The notes beneath the pieces are model-generated. The model ran no database searches and was not told the DNA's origin. It saw only the letters and a list, made by a program, of their open reading frames with translations. Below, one piece after another: positions 10,427 through 22,577 of a stretch of 64,000 bases of DNA. Where the stretch lies: NCBI GenBank assembly GCA_038243585.1, contig JBBSQY010000006.1, positions 34,764-98,763 of the forward strand, given 5' to 3'. Both the position numbers and the translations under genes were made by a program. Position 1 is the stretch's first letter; each line of letters begins with the position of its first letter. This DNA is from Candidatus Sumerlaeales bacterium (GTDB lineage Bacteria; Sumerlaeota; Sumerlaeia; Sumerlaeales; Sumerlaeaceae).

Positions 10427-10848
10427 CCCAATGCCTTCAATTTTTAGTGATACTTACAACCTTGGCACTTTCTTTCGCCGGGTGCAAAGGGAAAGACTGG
10501 CGCCACCATAATGGGTATGTTATTGTCGCCGATTATGGTGACAGGCATGCCGTCATTCACGACGATCCAACTGGTTATCGGGGAGATTTTATAGTCGGGC
10601 CAAGGATTACCCACTGGAATACCTATGATGAGTATCTTCTTGTTTATAAAGTGCCAAATCCAAAAAATGATTTAAACGTGCCTTGGGCAGCGGAGACAGG
10701 CTACGCTATAATTAACACATTCGACGGCAGCACAACTTTCTCGGAAATGCGCGAGAATTATAAATACATGGCCGTGATTCAATTAGGAATTCCGGAAGCT
10801 GAAACGGTGTTACATTCCATTTATCCCAGCATTAAAACCAAAAGATAA
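10414..10848 (+). CDS. Hypothetical lipoprotein
   Basis: Lipobox-like FAGC after a hydrophobic stretch. Confidence 0.55.
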   Translation: MVGLAQCLQFLVILTTLALSFAGCKGKDWRHHNGYVIVADYGDRHAVIHDDPTGYRGDFIVGPRITHWNTYDEYLLVYKVPNPKNDLNVPWAAETGYAIINTFDGSTTFSEMRENYKYMAVIQLGIPEAETVLHSIYPSIKTKR

Positions 10849-10916
10849 ATTGTTTCTAACGGCATTTGGCCCTGTCGCGGGGCTTTGGTATTTTATAGCA
10901 AAACGATGAACGGAAA

Positions 10917-11930
10917 CTACAACAAATCCGTCTGTCGCGGCGGCTCGGCTACATTCAGATGCTCATAGCAAGCTGAAGTTGCCAGTCGGCCCCGCGGGGT
11001 TCGCTGCACAAAGCCTATCTGAATTAGAAAAGGCTCGATCATATCCTCGATGGTGTCCTGATCCTCGCCGATGGCGACCGCTACGTTGTTCAGTCCCACC
11101 GGCCCGCCATTAAACTTTCTGATAATTGTCGTCAGGTAAAACTTATCCATCATGTCCAAGCCCAAGTGGTCAATGTCCAGCAGGTCCATGGCTGCCCCAG
11201 CTGTTTCAAGGGTTATGCTGCCATTAGAACGCACCTGTGCATAATCCCGCGCCCGCCGTAGGATTCGGTTGGCAATACGAGGCGTGCCGCGGGAACGCTT
11301 CGCGATTTCCACACAGCCTTCGTTGTCGATGGGCACCTTGAGAATTCCCGACGACCGGCGGACAATGGTTTCCATTTCTTCCTGCGAGTAAAAGTGGAGA
11401 CGTTCAGAAATCCCAAACCTGCTGCGCAAAGGGGCCGTTACCATACCAGCTCTCGTTGTCGCGCCCACAAGCGTGAATGCGGGCAAATCCAACTTAATGG
11501 ATTTGGCGTGGGGCCCTTCGCCTATGAGGATATCAATTTTGAAGTCTTCCATGGCCTGGTAGAGGCACTCTTCCACAATTCGGTTCAACCTGTGTATTTC
11601 ATCGATAAAAAGAACGTCACCGGCCTTTAAATCCGTAAGCAGGGCGGCAAGATCATCCTTTCTTTCTATGATCGGGCCGCTTGTGCTTTTCAGCTCACCA
11701 CCCATTTCATTGGCGATAATAACCGAAAGCGTCGTTTTCCCAAGTCCAGGTGGACCATAAAGCAGACAATGATCCAGCGGCTCGCTGCGCTGCCTGGCAG
11801 CCTGAATGAAAAGGCGCAGTTTTTCTATGACCCGCGATTGTCCGACAAACTCGGATGTCGTCTGCGGCCGCAGAGTTGTTTCTTCGCGCTCTTCATGTTC
11901 ATCGCGCAACGGAGAAATAATGTTGTTCAC
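10917..11930 (-). CDS. ruvB: Holliday junction branch migration helicase RuvB
   Basis: [37 protein letters not shown] and RTPRGR. Confidence 0.98.
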   Translation of the reverse strand: MNNIISPLRDEHEEREETTLRPQTTSEFVGQSRVIEKLRLFIQAARQRSEPLDHCLLYGPPGLGKTTLSVIIANEMGGELKSTSGPIIERKDDLAALLTDLKAGDVLFIDEIHRLNRIVEECLYQAMEDFKIDILIGEGPHAKSIKLDLPAFTLVGATTRAGMVTAPLRSRFGISERLHFYSQEEMETIVRRSSGILKVPIDNEGCVEIAKRSRGTPRIANRILRRARDYAQVRSNGSITLETAGAAMDLLDIDHLGLDMMDKFYLTTIIRKFNGGPVGLNNVAVAIGEDQDTIEDMIEPFLIQIGFVQRTPRGRLATSACYEHLNVAEPPRQTDLL

Positions 11931-12087
11931 TCTGAATTGTTAGCCATTTAACGAAGCACATATGCTAGAACAAAATAACTAGTTCTGCAAAAATTTCCTT
12001 TTTTTTGACCAATTGCTCCATAAAGTGCGTAACCAGTTTTTCTTCGCGGTAGTATGCGTCATTGATTTCGCAGGAGGTAAATCCATC

Positions 12088-13305
12088 GTGTCGTTGAAAA
12101 CCGACTTATGTAAAGAGACCGCATCCGAGTGCGTATTTCCCAATTATGGGATACGAAATATTGTGCTTACCGGAGGTAAAGGCACACGCGTATGGGACTC
12201 AGACGGGCGCGAATACCTGGATTTCCTTGCCGGAATTAGTGTGAACAACCTTGGACACTGCCCAGACAGAGTAATCGAGGCAATTCGTGCTCAAGTGGGG
12301 GAGCTTATGCATTGCTCCAACCTTTACTTGGTGCCGCAACAGGTTGAACTGGCGCAGCGCTTATGCGAACTATGTTTTGCTGATAAAGCGTTTTTTGCTA
12401 ACAGCGGTGCAGAAGTGAATGAGGGAGCAATCAAGCTAGCTCGGCTTTACTCTAAGGCGAAATTCGGGGAAAACCGTTACGAAATCATCACTTTGCGAAA
12501 TTCGTTTCATGGTCGCACATTGGCTACGCTGACCGCCACCGGACAGGATAAAATTCAAAAAGGCTTCGAGCCGCTTCCGGTTGGCTTCAGATATGGAATT
12601 TTTAACGATTTGGAATCTGTACGGGCCTTAGTGACTGACCTTACTTGTGCCGTAATGATTGAGCCAGTGCAGGGTGAAGGGGGAGTGACAGCCGCCTCTC
12701 CTGAATTTATTAACGGCCTCCGAGAGCTTTGTGATACTCATAATCTACTGTTGATATTTGACGAAATCCAATGCGGCATGGCTCGATCCGGAAAAATGTT
12801 CGCGCATCAGGTATACGGCGTCGAGCCAGACATCATGACGTTGGCGAAAGCTCTTGGCAACGGTTTGCCCATTGGCGCAATGCTGGCGCGCAGGGAGGTT
12901 GCCGACGTAATGCAGCCCGGCACTCACGGCTCCACTTTTGGCGGCGGGCCTGTGGCCTGTGCGGCGGCGCTGGCGGTTCTTGATGAAATGCGAGACTCTG
13001 CAATTCCTGAACGAGCAGCAAAAATGGGCGATTATCTGCGTTCAGGCATTGAAAACGCTCTACGCGGGCTTCCCGTCTTCAAGGGATTGCGCGGACTGGG
13101 TCTGATGGTAGGTATTGAATTGGCCTGCGAAGGTGCCGAGATAGTAAAAAAATGCCAGGAACATGGCGTTCTCATTAACTGCACTATGGGAAATGTTTTA
13201 AGATTACTTCCCCCACTAACAGTTACAGAAGAAGAATGCGACCAGGTGAGCGATCTCCTCGCCTTGATTATCGCGGACCATGCCTTCAGTGCGCACCCTG
13301 TTTAG
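12088..13305 (+). CDS. argD: Acetylornithine aminotransferase
   Basis: FHGRT, EPVQGEGG, FDEIQCG, AKALGNG and HGSTFGG. GTG 12088 follows GGAGG. Upstream of argF. Confidence 0.92.
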   Translation: MSLKTDLCKETASECVFPNYGIRNIVLTGGKGTRVWDSDGREYLDFLAGISVNNLGHCPDRVIEAIRAQVGELMHCSNLYLVPQQVELAQRLCELCFADKAFFANSGAEVNEGAIKLARLYSKAKFGENRYEIITLRNSFHGRTLATLTATGQDKIQKGFEPLPVGFRYGIFNDLESVRALVTDLTCAVMIEPVQGEGGVTAASPEFINGLRELCDTHNLLLIFDEIQCGMARSGKMFAHQVYGVEPDIMTLAKALGNGLPIGAMLARREVADVMQPGTHGSTFGGGPVACAAALAVLDEMRDSAIPERAAKMGDYLRSGIENALRGLPVFKGLRGLGLMVGIELACEGAEIVKKCQEHGVLINCTMGNVLRLLPPLTVTEEECDQVSDLLALIIADHAFSAHPV

Positions 13306-13320
13306 AAAAGGACAAGCCGT

Positions 13321-14253
13321 ATGAAAGATCTTATAAGGACGTCAGATTTTGATCGGGACACAGTTGAGCGTGTAATGAACGTGGCTGTCCGGGTGAAGGA
13401 GCGAACGCATCGGCGAGAGATTTGTGACGTACTGCAAGGTTATTCCGCCGCACTCATATTTCAAAAGCCCTCGCTGCGCACTCGAGTTACTTTTGACGTG
13501 GGAATAAAGCAACTGGGCGGGCACAGCGTCTATCTCGGGCCGTCTGAAATCAGCATGGGTGTGCGCGAAACAGTCTATGATGTAGCCAGAAATCTCGAGC
13601 GCTGGGTCGATCTGATTGTAGCGCGAGTGTTTTCGCAGGATCATGTGGCGGAGTTGGCGCAGGTTGCTAAGCCCCCCGTCATAAATGCGCTGAGTAACAC
13701 TGAACACCCTTGCCAGATCTTTGCCGACTTTCTTACCTTGAAGGAAAAAGGGCTGCGCTGGGATGAAATTCGCCTGGCCTACCTTGGAGACGGAAATAAT
13801 GTGTGTGTCTCATTAATGCTGCTTAGTGCAGTTTTGGGTGCGGAAATACGTGTTGGAAGTCCCAAAAGATATTGGCCACAGAAGCACATTATAGACGAAT
13901 TCAACGCTTTAGCAGCCAAATCCGGCGCGAAGCTTATTCTGACGGACGATCCCATAGAAGCTGCACGTGGAGCCAATGCGGTCTATACAGATATATGGGC
14001 AAGCATGGGATGGGAAAACGAAGCGGCTGAACGAAGCGCTATTCTCCGTCCGTACCAGCTTAACGCCACCGTAATGAAAGAGGCTGAAACTGGAGCTTTC
14101 GTAATGCATGATCTGCCAGCTCACCGTGGGGAAGAAATTACGGACGACGTAATGGATGGCCCTAATTCCATCGTATTTGATCAGGCAGAAAACCGGCTTC
14201 ATGCGCAAAAAGCAATAATCCTCGAGTGTCTTGGTCTGTCCGATAAAGTATAA
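13321..14253 (+). CDS. argF: Ornithine carbamoyltransferase
   Basis: SLRTR, HPCQ, GDGNNV, WASMG, HDLPAHRG and QAENRLH. Confidence 0.95.
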   Translation: MKDLIRTSDFDRDTVERVMNVAVRVKERTHRREICDVLQGYSAALIFQKPSLRTRVTFDVGIKQLGGHSVYLGPSEISMGVRETVYDVARNLERWVDLIVARVFSQDHVAELAQVAKPPVINALSNTEHPCQIFADFLTLKEKGLRWDEIRLAYLGDGNNVCVSLMLLSAVLGAEIRVGSPKRYWPQKHIIDEFNALAAKSGAKLILTDDPIEAARGANAVYTDIWASMGWENEAAERSAILRPYQLNATVMKEAETGAFVMHDLPAHRGEEITDDVMDGPNSIVFDQAENRLHAQKAIILECLGLSDKV

Positions 14254-14302
14254 TAGCCTTCAAATTAACAATTGTGATCCGAAACCATTGGAAGGAATCT
14301 AA

Positions 14303-16510
14303 ATGGAAGCAGCTGATGTTTCAAACCAGGCCCTTTTGACTCTGGTGACCGCTGTTTCCGCAGGAACTTTTCTTATGGCGGTGGCTCAACGGGTTGGCAT
14401 TCCGGCCATAGTTTTGCTATTAGGCGGTGGGATACTTCTCGGACCCGAGGTCTTTAATATCATACAGCCGGCATCGTTAGGTCCAGTTTTAATGCCGCTT
14501 GTATCTTTAGCCGTAGGTCTCATATTATTTGAGGCGGGAATGACGCTGGACTTCGCCGGCTATAAAACTGCCTCAAAAGTAATACAGCGGCTTTTAACCA
14601 TTGGGACTTTGATTACCTGGGTTGGAACCACCGCTGCGATCTACTATATAATTGGGACCCAAATAGAAACAGCCCTTCTTTCGGCCAGTCTTGTGATTGT
14701 AACAGGGCCCACCGTAATCCTACCGCTGTTAAAACGGATCAAAGTCATTCCACGAGTCCATCATATTCTCCAGTGGGAAGGGGTTTTGATAGACCCAGTT
14801 GGGGTATTTGTCGCGATTTTATGTTTTGAGTTCTTAACCAGCGGTAGCGGTATGGCCGCCGCCACTGATTTTGGACTAAGAGTCGTCGTAGGGGTCGGTG
14901 TAGGCTTATTCGGGGGTTTTGTTACCTATTACATCTTAAAAAAGCGCTGGGCACCGGAACATTTGGTAGGCGTGGCAACCCTTGGTTGTGCGGCATTTAC
15001 CTTTGGACTTTCAGAAATGCTGATAGGCGAAGCCGGCCTTTTATCAGCAGTTATTGCAGGCTTCGTACCTGCGATTCTCAAACCTATTGATCTAAAACGA
15101 GTCAAAGATTTTAAAGCAGAAGTCGCTGATCTACTTATCGCCGTGCTTTTTATGGTGCTGGCGAGCCGCCTGGAGTTAGTCCAGTTTTTAGAATTCGGGT
15201 GGCGTGGGTGGCTGGTGGTCGCAGTGGTTATGGTTGTCGTTCGCCCGGTAAACATTCTTGTCTGTACCGCTGGGCAAGGGCTGCCATGGCGTGAAAAGGC
15301 GTTTTTGAGCTGGCTTGCTCCCCGGGGGATTGTAGCCGCGTCTATGGCTTCTCTTTTCAGAATCATGCTCGAAGATAATCCGATGTTTAAAGATCCAGCA
15401 TTTGTAGAAACTTTTACGTATTCGGTTATCATTACCACAATCGTCATCGAGGGGCTACTGGCGAACCGGGTAGCAATTCTCTTGGGTCTGAAACGTCCGG
15501 AGGCGACTGGCTGGCTCATTGTTGGTGCGCATGATTTCTCAAGACGTCTGGCGACTTTTCTTATGAAATCCGGCTTGCCCGTTGTTGTGATCGATTCCAA
15601 CATGAGAGCAGTTAAAGCTTTAACATCTAGATCAAACATACAGGCATATCAACGGGACGCCCGGGATCCGGCAATCTTTGAAGATGAAAAAATTATGGGC
15701 TTGGGAAACGTTATTGCTTTAACCGACAATGAAGACTTGAACCTCGTAATTTGCAACCGGCTGTCTGAGGTTACGGGGAGAGACAATGTCTATGCTTGGG
15801 TATCCGGCGCAAGCGGCAATCCATTGGAATCGGAAAACGCCAATATCGTCTGGTCTAATCTGCCTAAACCCTCAATGCTAAGCGCAGAAATACGACAATA
15901 CGAGAGTCGCTTTTTCCAACTGGACGGTAATGCAGAACTTCCGTTCGACAGCCTTGTTCTCGGTGCAGTTAGTGAAAATAAAGTGGAAATTTACCCTGAA
16001 AATCCAGACACTCTCCCCGGAGAGGGTGCTACACAAATGGTTGTGGTACGAAGCAGCAATCATTTAAAACGCGGCTTATCTATGGGTTTAGCTATCGACG
16101 TATCAGGCAATAACCTGTCTTCTGCCTTGAACTCCGCACTTGATCTTGTGCTGCTCAAATACCCGAATCTTCCGAAGGAACAGTTAATTACGGAAATTAC
16201 TGCAAGAGAGCGAGAGTTTCCCACGGTTCTAGGACATGGAGTAGCTGTTCCTCATGTGTTTACCCGGCACATTAGCAACCGCATCTGTTGCATCATACGC
16301 AGCCCGGATGGGATCACGTTTGGTAATGGCGATTCTTCCGAACAGGTGCATCTGATGTTCCTCGTGATTAGCCCATCTGGAGATCCCGTCGGACATCTTG
16401 CAATGATGGCGGAAATAGCTAACCTCATAAGCCATGTAGAGATGAGAGCGCGTTTGCTTGGGGCGGAAGACGCCGCGGAAATTACTCAAGTAATTGGTGA
16501 AGAGCAATAA
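14303..16510 (+). CDS. CPA1 cation/H+ antiporter fused to TrkA-N/RCK and PTS EIIA domains
   Basis: TGPTVI, EGVLIDP and APRGIVAAS (NhaP-like); Rossmann-like IVGAH..; C-terminal REREFPTVLGHGVAVPH (EIIA). Confidence 0.85.
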   Translation: MEAADVSNQALLTLVTAVSAGTFLMAVAQRVGIPAIVLLLGGGILLGPEVFNIIQPASLGPVLMPLVSLAVGLILFEAGMTLDFAGYKTASKVIQRLLTIGTLITWVGTTAAIYYIIGTQIETALLSASLVIVTGPTVILPLLKRIKVIPRVHHILQWEGVLIDPVGVFVAILCFEFLTSGSGMAAATDFGLRVVVGVGVGLFGGFVTYYILKKRWAPEHLVGVATLGCAAFTFGLSEMLIGEAGLLSAVIAGFVPAILKPIDLKRVKDFKAEVADLLIAVLFMVLASRLELVQFLEFGWRGWLVVAVVMVVVRPVNILVCTAGQGLPWREKAFLSWLAPRGIVAASMASLFRIMLEDNPMFKDPAFVETFTYSVIITTIVIEGLLANRVAILLGLKRPEATGWLIVGAHDFSRRLATFLMKSGLPVVVIDSNMRAVKALTSRSNIQAYQRDARDPAIFEDEKIMGLGNVIALTDNEDLNLVICNRLSEVTGRDNVYAWVSGASGNPLESENANIVWSNLPKPSMLSAEIRQYESRFFQLDGNAELPFDSLVLGAVSENKVEIYPENPDTLPGEGATQMVVVRSSNHLKRGLSMGLAIDVSGNNLSSALNSALDLVLLKYPNLPKEQLITEITAREREFPTVLGHGVAVPHVFTRHISNRICCIIRSPDGITFGNGDSSEQVHLMFLVISPSGDPVGHLAMMAEIANLISHVEMRARLLGAEDAAEITQVIGEEQ

Positions 16511-16598
16511 TGTGTCCTTTCAATGGCTACATCTTAAACGAATGTAATTCTGGAGAGACTCACATGAAACCCAGCGATCCGCATCCGATGTTAATAGT

Positions 16599-17381
16599 GT
16601 GACAAATCCGTTTGTTTTAATGCAGATGATAGGGTGGGCCGATGTCCTGGATGTCGCCATCATCGGTACTCTTTTTTACGTCCTGCTCTATCTTCTTAAA
16701 CAAACCAGGTCCAGTTCTGCAACGCGGGGCGTTGTAGGGGTCATAGTATTTAGCTTTCTATTATACGCCATGGCTCGGTGGATGCGTCTTACGGCCACCA
16801 GCACGCTTTTCGAAAGATTTTGGCTTGTTATCGCTCTCGCAGTTCTGATTATTTTCCAGAACGAATTTAGAAAAGCAATTTTAGACATTAGCAGACGTTC
16901 GCTGGTACGACGCTTTTCCCGTAACGCCATGCCCATGGATGAAGTCGTAAAGGCTGTAAAGCAGCTAAGCCGGCTTAAAGAGGGCGCGATAATTTGTATA
17001 GAGCGTCTGGACGCGCTCAAAAGTCATGCAGAAACCGGTACGCCCTTAGACTCGTTGATTAGCAAAGAGTTAATAACCTGCATTTTTAAAAACTACAGTC
17101 CGCTTCACGACGGTGCAGTCCTCATCCGGGGCGATCGCATATCCGCAGCTGGCTGTATGTTGCCACTGTCTGACAGCCCCATGCTCGAAAGCGAATTAGG
17201 CATGCGTCACAGGGCAGCAATTGGCCTTAGCCAGCAAACTGATGCTGTAGTCATTGTGGTGAGTGAGGAAACAGGTACAATTTCACTGGCTGTTGACTCT
17301 AATTTTGAGCGGCATCATACACCGGAATCCCTAAAAGAAGCAATTCAAGAGCTGATGAATGTTGAAGAAGAAGATAAATAA
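16599..17381 (+). CDS. dacA: Diadenylate cyclase CdaA/DacA
   Basis: Three N-terminal TMs; SPLHDGA, GMRHRAA and VSEETG catalytic motifs. Confidence 0.93.
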   Translation: MTNPFVLMQMIGWADVLDVAIIGTLFYVLLYLLKQTRSSSATRGVVGVIVFSFLLYAMARWMRLTATSTLFERFWLVIALAVLIIFQNEFRKAILDISRRSLVRRFSRNAMPMDEVVKAVKQLSRLKEGAIICIERLDALKSHAETGTPLDSLISKELITCIFKNYSPLHDGAVLIRGDRISAAGCMLPLSDSPMLESELGMRHRAAIGLSQQTDAVVIVVSEETGTISLAVDSNFERHHTPESLKEAIQELMNVEEEDK

Positions 17382-18444
17382 ACAGCGCGTAAAAGAGCAG
17401 CTACGGCTTGTGGGAATGGCACTCGGCCTGGCAATCATCGTGTGGATGATAGCCAAGTCCGGCGAAACCCGTGAAGCGAAACTGACCATACCTATCGAAG
17501 TGGTCTCTGCCGGACCGCAGGTCGAAGTCCAGGTCATCCCGGAGGAGATGCCGGTAATTATACGGTATGGCCGGGAAGCGAGCCCGTACATCAGCAGCGA
17601 AAACTTTACGTTCGTTATTGATGCCAGCACGATGCAGGAAAATCTGGGTGTGAGCTGGAAGTCCATGACAATGAGTTTAAGCGACAAAAACTGGGTCGCA
17701 AACATACCCTCGGCCCGCGTCGATCTTGCAAATATTGGTTTGCAGGGGAGCACAGTGGAAGTGCGTATGCGATACAACGCTGTGCCCGCAGTCATTAAGC
17801 CGGAAATTGTGGGACTTGATCGATTACCTGATGGATATCAACTTGTGCAGCCGGTAAAGGTTACACCTCGAGAAGTTTATTTAATCGGAGATCTGGACAA
17901 ACTAGCCGGCCATACCGGTGATGACTTGACAAGCCGGATACAGCTGAAAACCGTCCCGGTTTCCGTAGCGGGTCTTACCGAAAGCAGCCTCGAAAGCGTG
18001 GAGATACTGTTGCCAGCGGGCATTTCTATGGTGCAGCGAAGCAGCAATCTGGCCGAGGTAAACCTGGAAATTCAGGAAGTGCAAACGGTGCGAACTATTT
18101 CTGATATCGCTTTAAATTTTCAGGCTGTTGCTCCTGATACTGTGACCATGAAATATGGGATTAGGTCTGCATCTGTGCGCGTTTTTGGTCCTCAGAGTCT
18201 GCTGCGCCAGCTATCGCCTGAATCCTTCCGCGTGGGACTTGTTCGGCCGCAAGAAGAGGTTCCTGGTCAGGTTCGTGATGTGCCATTGGAGGTTCATTTT
18301 GCGACATCCATATCTGAGGAGATTCGCTCCCGGGTTCTGATACAAGCCATTGAACCGAACTCAATCCGCGTTGAGTATGTTGCCAGACAGTCAACCCCAG
18401 TAACCGCCACGGCTTCAACAACGGCCACCCAGGAAACGAGGTAA
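17359..18444 (+). CDS. YbbR/CdaR-like regulator
   Basis: Single N-terminal TM, beta-rich repeats (V.P..V...G), overlaps dacA. Confidence 0.75.
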   Translation: MLKKKINKQRVKEQLRLVGMALGLAIIVWMIAKSGETREAKLTIPIEVVSAGPQVEVQVIPEEMPVIIRYGREASPYISSENFTFVIDASTMQENLGVSWKSMTMSLSDKNWVANIPSARVDLANIGLQGSTVEVRMRYNAVPAVIKPEIVGLDRLPDGYQLVQPVKVTPREVYLIGDLDKLAGHTGDDLTSRIQLKTVPVSVAGLTESSLESVEILLPAGISMVQRSSNLAEVNLEIQEVQTVRTISDIALNFQAVAPDTVTMKYGIRSASVRVFGPQSLLRQLSPESFRVGLVRPQEEVPGQVRDVPLEVHFATSISEEIRSRVLIQAIEPNSIRVEYVARQSTPVTATASTTATQETR

Positions 18445-18452
18445 TTTGAAAA

Positions 18453-19226
18453 TTGCCAAAACTTTGCGTTAATATTGATCATGTGGCAACCGTCAGACAG
18501 GCGCGTCGCATAAAGGAGCCGGATCCTGTTTTCGCGGCGTTGCTTGCTGAGTTGGCCGGCGCCGCCGGAATTACCTGCCATTTGCGCGAAGATCGTCGTC
18601 ACATCCAGGATGAAGATGTGGTCAGATTAAAAGCGATGGTAAAAACCCGGCTTAACCTGGAAATGGCCGTCACGGAGGAAATGCTGAAAATCGCAGAAGA
18701 TATTAGCCCGCACATGGTGATGTTTGTGCCCGAAAATCGGCAGGAGGTTACGACAGAGGGCGGTCTTGACATAAAACGAAACCTTAAGCGGGTAAAAGCT
18801 GCAACTGAACGAATGAAGGCTGCCGGACTCAAAGTAAGCCATTTTATTGATCCAGAGATTGTGCAGATTGACGCCGCGCGCGAATGTGGAGCTAATGTAA
18901 TCGAGCTTCATACCGGTGCCTACGCTGAAGCCCTGACGGAAAACGATCGCTTGCAGGAACTGCAGCGTCTGGAGGCAGGCGTTCTACACGCCTCTCTTAA
19001 CGATCAACGTATTAATGCAGGACATGGACTAAACCTGCGCAATGTCGGCCCCATAGCGGCCATACAAGGTATATCCGAACTTCATATCGGCCACAGCATA
19101 GTTTCTCACTCAGTACTTGTGGGATTTGAACGAGCGACCCGGGAGATGCTGGATGCCATTATTAGAGGTGAGCTCCTCGGAGCGAGGTATACACCCGCAC
19201 AGGTTCTGACTCTTTTTTCTCCGTGA
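18453..19226 (+). CDS. pdxJ: Pyridoxine 5'-phosphate synthase
   Basis: [34 protein letters not shown] and NAGHGL. Confidence 0.97.
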   Translation: MPKLCVNIDHVATVRQARRIKEPDPVFAALLAELAGAAGITCHLREDRRHIQDEDVVRLKAMVKTRLNLEMAVTEEMLKIAEDISPHMVMFVPENRQEVTTEGGLDIKRNLKRVKAATERMKAAGLKVSHFIDPEIVQIDAARECGANVIELHTGAYAEALTENDRLQELQRLEAGVLHASLNDQRINAGHGLNLRNVGPIAAIQGISELHIGHSIVSHSVLVGFERATREMLDAIIRGELLGARYTPAQVLTLFSP

Positions 19227-19915
19227 AAAAATCTAGAAAAAAACGCAGAATGTGGACTTTTGTTATTCTCATGCTGGCCGCAATCATGTTGTGTCTTGTA
19301 GCGGCTGTTTTCGTCATCCACCACAATGTCGCCGCGGCTGGTCGAGAGAACATCTATTCGGCTAACGATGATATTCCCAAAATGCAAGTCGGACTTGTGC
19401 TTGGCGCACGTGTATTCAGTAGCGGCAGGCTCTCCAGAATGCTGGCTGACAGAGTCGACGCGAGCATCATCCTATACAATCGCGGTGTTATCCAGAAAAT
19501 ATTGATGAGTGGGGACAACAGGTCCGCCAATTACAATGAAGTCACTGCTATGCGAAATTACGCCATAGAACATGGCGTGCCGCCTAACGATGTCGTTCGA
19601 GATTTCGCGGGTTTTCGAACTTACGATAGTATTTACCGGGCCAAAGAGCTATGGGAGTTTAAAGAAATGATAATCATCAGCCAAAAATTTCATCTCCCCA
19701 GAGCGTTGTACATTGCCGAGAACCTGGACATAGAAGCCGTAGGGGTATATGCTGTCGATAACAGGTATCGGGCTCTTGTTAAGTCCGAACTACGGGAAAC
19801 GGCGGCAAGGGTGGCAGCATGGTTAGATGTTTTGGTTGGGCGCGATCCATACTTCCTGGGACCAAAAGAATCTCTTGATGGATCAAGCCAGGAAACAAGG
19901 GTTCCTGAGAAATAA
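19223..19915 (+). CDS. SanA/YdcF (DUF218) family protein
   Basis: VLGA, SGDN...[22 protein letters not shown] and RE motifs. Confidence 0.85.
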   Translation: MKKSRKKRRMWTFVILMLAAIMLCLVAAVFVIHHNVAAAGRENIYSANDDIPKMQVGLVLGARVFSSGRLSRMLADRVDASIILYNRGVIQKILMSGDNRSANYNEVTAMRNYAIEHGVPPNDVVRDFAGFRTYDSIYRAKELWEFKEMIIISQKFHLPRALYIAENLDIEAVGVYAVDNRYRALVKSELRETAARVAAWLDVLVGRDPYFLGPKESLDGSSQETRVPEK

Positions 19916-19943
19916 CCCGACAAATCGCCTTGACCAGCAGCCT

Positions 19944-21050
19944 CTATTCAGAATCTCCAGATGCTGCCTGCGCCTTTGCGTACTCCTGGCGCAGTCGGTC
20001 CATGAGTGCATCCCGCTGATCATAAAGCCGCTTTTGGGGACGTGGTTCACATTTGGTCAAAGCATAAGCTGTAAGCAGCGGTAAAACGATAGTTGTGTCG
20101 GCATAACATACTACCGTTCCAGGTAATTTGTCGGGATCCACTTTCCCCCAACTTACCGCTTCACTTGGGGTTGCTCCACTTAAGCCTCCGGTGTCAGGGC
20201 GCGCATCCGTCACCTGCAAAAAGTAGTCATGCCCTTTCTCCTCGATTCCAAGTACTTCCTGAATCTGCGGTTCGGTTTGAAGTGCAAAATTTTTGGGAGA
20301 TCCGCCCCCAAAAATACAGATCGCGCTTTCTCCGCCACTGCGTTTTGCTCCAAGCACTATAGCCGCCGTCTCGTTGACGTCAATTAATGGATCAATAGTT
20401 AGCTTGCTGCCGCTCAATTGACGAGCGGCCATGTTCATTCCAATCGAGCTGTCACCGGGTGAAGACGTGTAAATAGGAATTCCCAATTCATACGCGACAG
20501 ACAGCATGGAACGTTTTTCCTGCCCAAGAACTTTTTCGCGTTCAGCGACATATTTACCGCACAAGTAATGAAATTCAGCCGAACCCATTGGTCTCTGAAA
20601 TTCCGGACCCTCAAAAATCTTCCTAAAGAACTCGTCAGTTTTAAGGAGCACATCGTAATCGAAAAAGATATCGTAAATCCGCACCACGTTTTCTTCCCGC
20701 AGTACGACATCGCTGATGGTATGGTTACCCTGTCTAAGATCCAGCCCAATTCCGAAATGCGTATCATGATACAGGTTAGCGCCGGTGCTGATAATCCAGT
20801 CAATAAAGCCTGCTCTCATAAGCGGAATGATCGCGGAAATGCCTAATCCAGCCGGAGTAAGAGCACCGGTAAACGTCATCCCCACAGTCACCTGCGGCTT
20901 CAAGCATTTCTGAGTTAACAGCATTGCGGCTTCCCGGAGCCTGGCGCCGTTATAAGCCTGCATATTGTTGTCAATCAGGTCAACGACACTAATCCCGGCC
21001 TTAATCGGTTCTGGGTTAATCTTGCGACCGTGCAGAAATTTCGAAGCCAT
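19944..21050 (-). CDS. Deoxyhypusine synthase-like protein (probable homospermidine synthase)
   Basis: [24 protein letters not shown] and [18 protein letters not shown]. Confidence 0.88.
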   Translation of the reverse strand: MASKFLHGRKINPEPIKAGISVVDLIDNNMQAYNGARLREAAMLLTQKCLKPQVTVGMTFTGALTPAGLGISAIIPLMRAGFIDWIISTGANLYHDTHFGIGLDLRQGNHTISDVVLREENVVRIYDIFFDYDVLLKTDEFFRKIFEGPEFQRPMGSAEFHYLCGKYVAEREKVLGQEKRSMLSVAYELGIPIYTSSPGDSSIGMNMAARQLSGSKLTIDPLIDVNETAAIVLGAKRSGGESAICIFGGGSPKNFALQTEPQIQEVLGIEEKGHDYFLQVTDARPDTGGLSGATPSEAVSWGKVDPDKLPGTVVCYADTTIVLPLLTAYALTKCEPRPQKRLYDQRDALMDRLRQEYAKAQAASGDSE

Positions 21051-21052
21051 AC

Positions 21053-22510
21053 TTATTTATTATCCTTAACTAATTTAGGCGAGCCAATGCAACTACCGGA
21101 AAATGCGGCCATGGCTTCATATAGGCGTCTGTCTGCTGCAAAATAAGTTCCGATAAGGATCCATGCGAGTGTCGCACGAGCGGGCATATGCAACGGAAAG
21201 CTTGTTAGGGCATTAACCAGGATTGTAGTTACAGCGGCTAGAAGCGTAACATTTAATGCCGCTGGCGCGGCAAATTTGCCGGCGTTATGTCCGAGCCTGC
21301 GAACACTCAGCCGGGTATTAACAAACCGAACTCCACCGTGGGTAATCAGAAGAAGAAAAAGGCCAAAACCAAGGGTGCCTTGTTCGAACCAAATCTCAAG
21401 GTAATCATTGTGCGTATGTTCCGCAAGACGCCTGTTCATAGCCTTTAGCAACACCACAGTTCCGGCCCGTTCATCTTTTTCAGCAAGCAGTTTTACGTTA
21501 TTTATAAATTCAAGTCGATAGCTGCCCGGCCCGTATCCCAGGATTGGGTTTATTGGGATAGCAAACGCTGTGGAAGTGTAAAAAATCAACCGCTCACGAA
21601 CCGATTCTGATTGCGGATTAGCAATATTTTTAAACCTCTGTAAAAGTCGCATATCTCGAGGATTTAGGGGGTTCGGAGTCGAGAGCACAAAAAGTCCTAC
21701 AATTACAGCAGCAAAGGCCACAACTGCTGAAACCCAGCATGCACGTTGCATGCGTTTAGATAAAAATCCTGTTTGGCCAACGAACACGACGCATCCGCCT
21801 ATGGCAAATCCAAGTAACGCGCCGCGACTTCCGCTCAATGCTAAAACGCCAGCAAGAAACGCAGCAGCTCCAATTAAAAGCACACGGGAAATCCTTCGCA
21901 GCTTTGGCTGAAACCCTAAGCCTAATAATAGTATGCTAGTGGGGGCTGCGAAGCCGCCGAAATACTCGGGATTGCCAAAAAAGGAATGGATTAAATTCCT
22001 TCCACCCTCATCCTTGGCAATGGCAAAAGGATATAGAGGACGAAGTACATCCAGGCCAACGAATGCGAGAAACCCGTAAATACCAGCCAGTAGCCCCAAA
22101 AAACCTCCTAACCATGCCACGGTTGCGCATTCCTTAAAAGAAGGTTCGAGTCGGTAAACGACCCACGCGAGACAAAAGAACGCGCCGTAATGCCATGCTT
22201 CAACCAGGGAATAGACGATACGTCCGCTGGCCAGAGCGGAAATTATAAACGACATCAAAAGTCCGGCAAATATTAGATCGACAAGACGCCAGGTGGTCCG
22301 AGTAAGTGTTTTTAGGCCGGCAACAGATACGATAAAAATGACGGCAAGCAAGGTTCGAAGCGCCAGCATTTTAGACTCTATAGCAGGGCTTACCGTTTCA
22401 ACCTTTGGAATTATAATGATTGACGCCGAGATCAGACAAGTCAGCAAGAGCAGCCAGATCAGCTTTCGAAGCACCCATGGCTGAGATAAGATTTTGGGCA
22501 TTAAAGTCAT
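21053..22510 (-). CDS. O-antigen ligase-family membrane protein
   Basis: Multi-TM; FGNPEY, SGSRGA, GYGPGSY and HTHNDYLE. Confidence 0.8.
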   Translation of the reverse strand: MTLMPKILSQPWVLRKLIWLLLLTCLISASIIIIPKVETVSPAIESKMLALRTLLAVIFIVSVAGLKTLTRTTWRLVDLIFAGLLMSFIISALASGRIVYSLVEAWHYGAFFCLAWVVYRLEPSFKECATVAWLGGFLGLLAGIYGFLAFVGLDVLRPLYPFAIAKDEGGRNLIHSFFGNPEYFGGFAAPTSILLLGLGFQPKLRRISRVLLIGAAAFLAGVLALSGSRGALLGFAIGGCVVFVGQTGFLSKRMQRACWVSAVVAFAAVIVGLFVLSTPNPLNPRDMRLLQRFKNIANPQSESVRERLIFYTSTAFAIPINPILGYGPGSYRLEFINNVKLLAEKDERAGTVVLLKAMNRRLAEHTHNDYLEIWFEQGTLGFGLFLLLITHGGVRFVNTRLSVRRLGHNAGKFAAPAALNVTLLAAVTTILVNALTSFPLHMPARATLAWILIGTYFAADRRLYEAMAAFSGSCIGSPKLVKDNK

Positions 22511-22577
22511 AAGAACTTACTAAAATACCGTCCCGAAATCAGTCAACTACTGAATGGTGAAAAGTTTAAGTTAAAGG

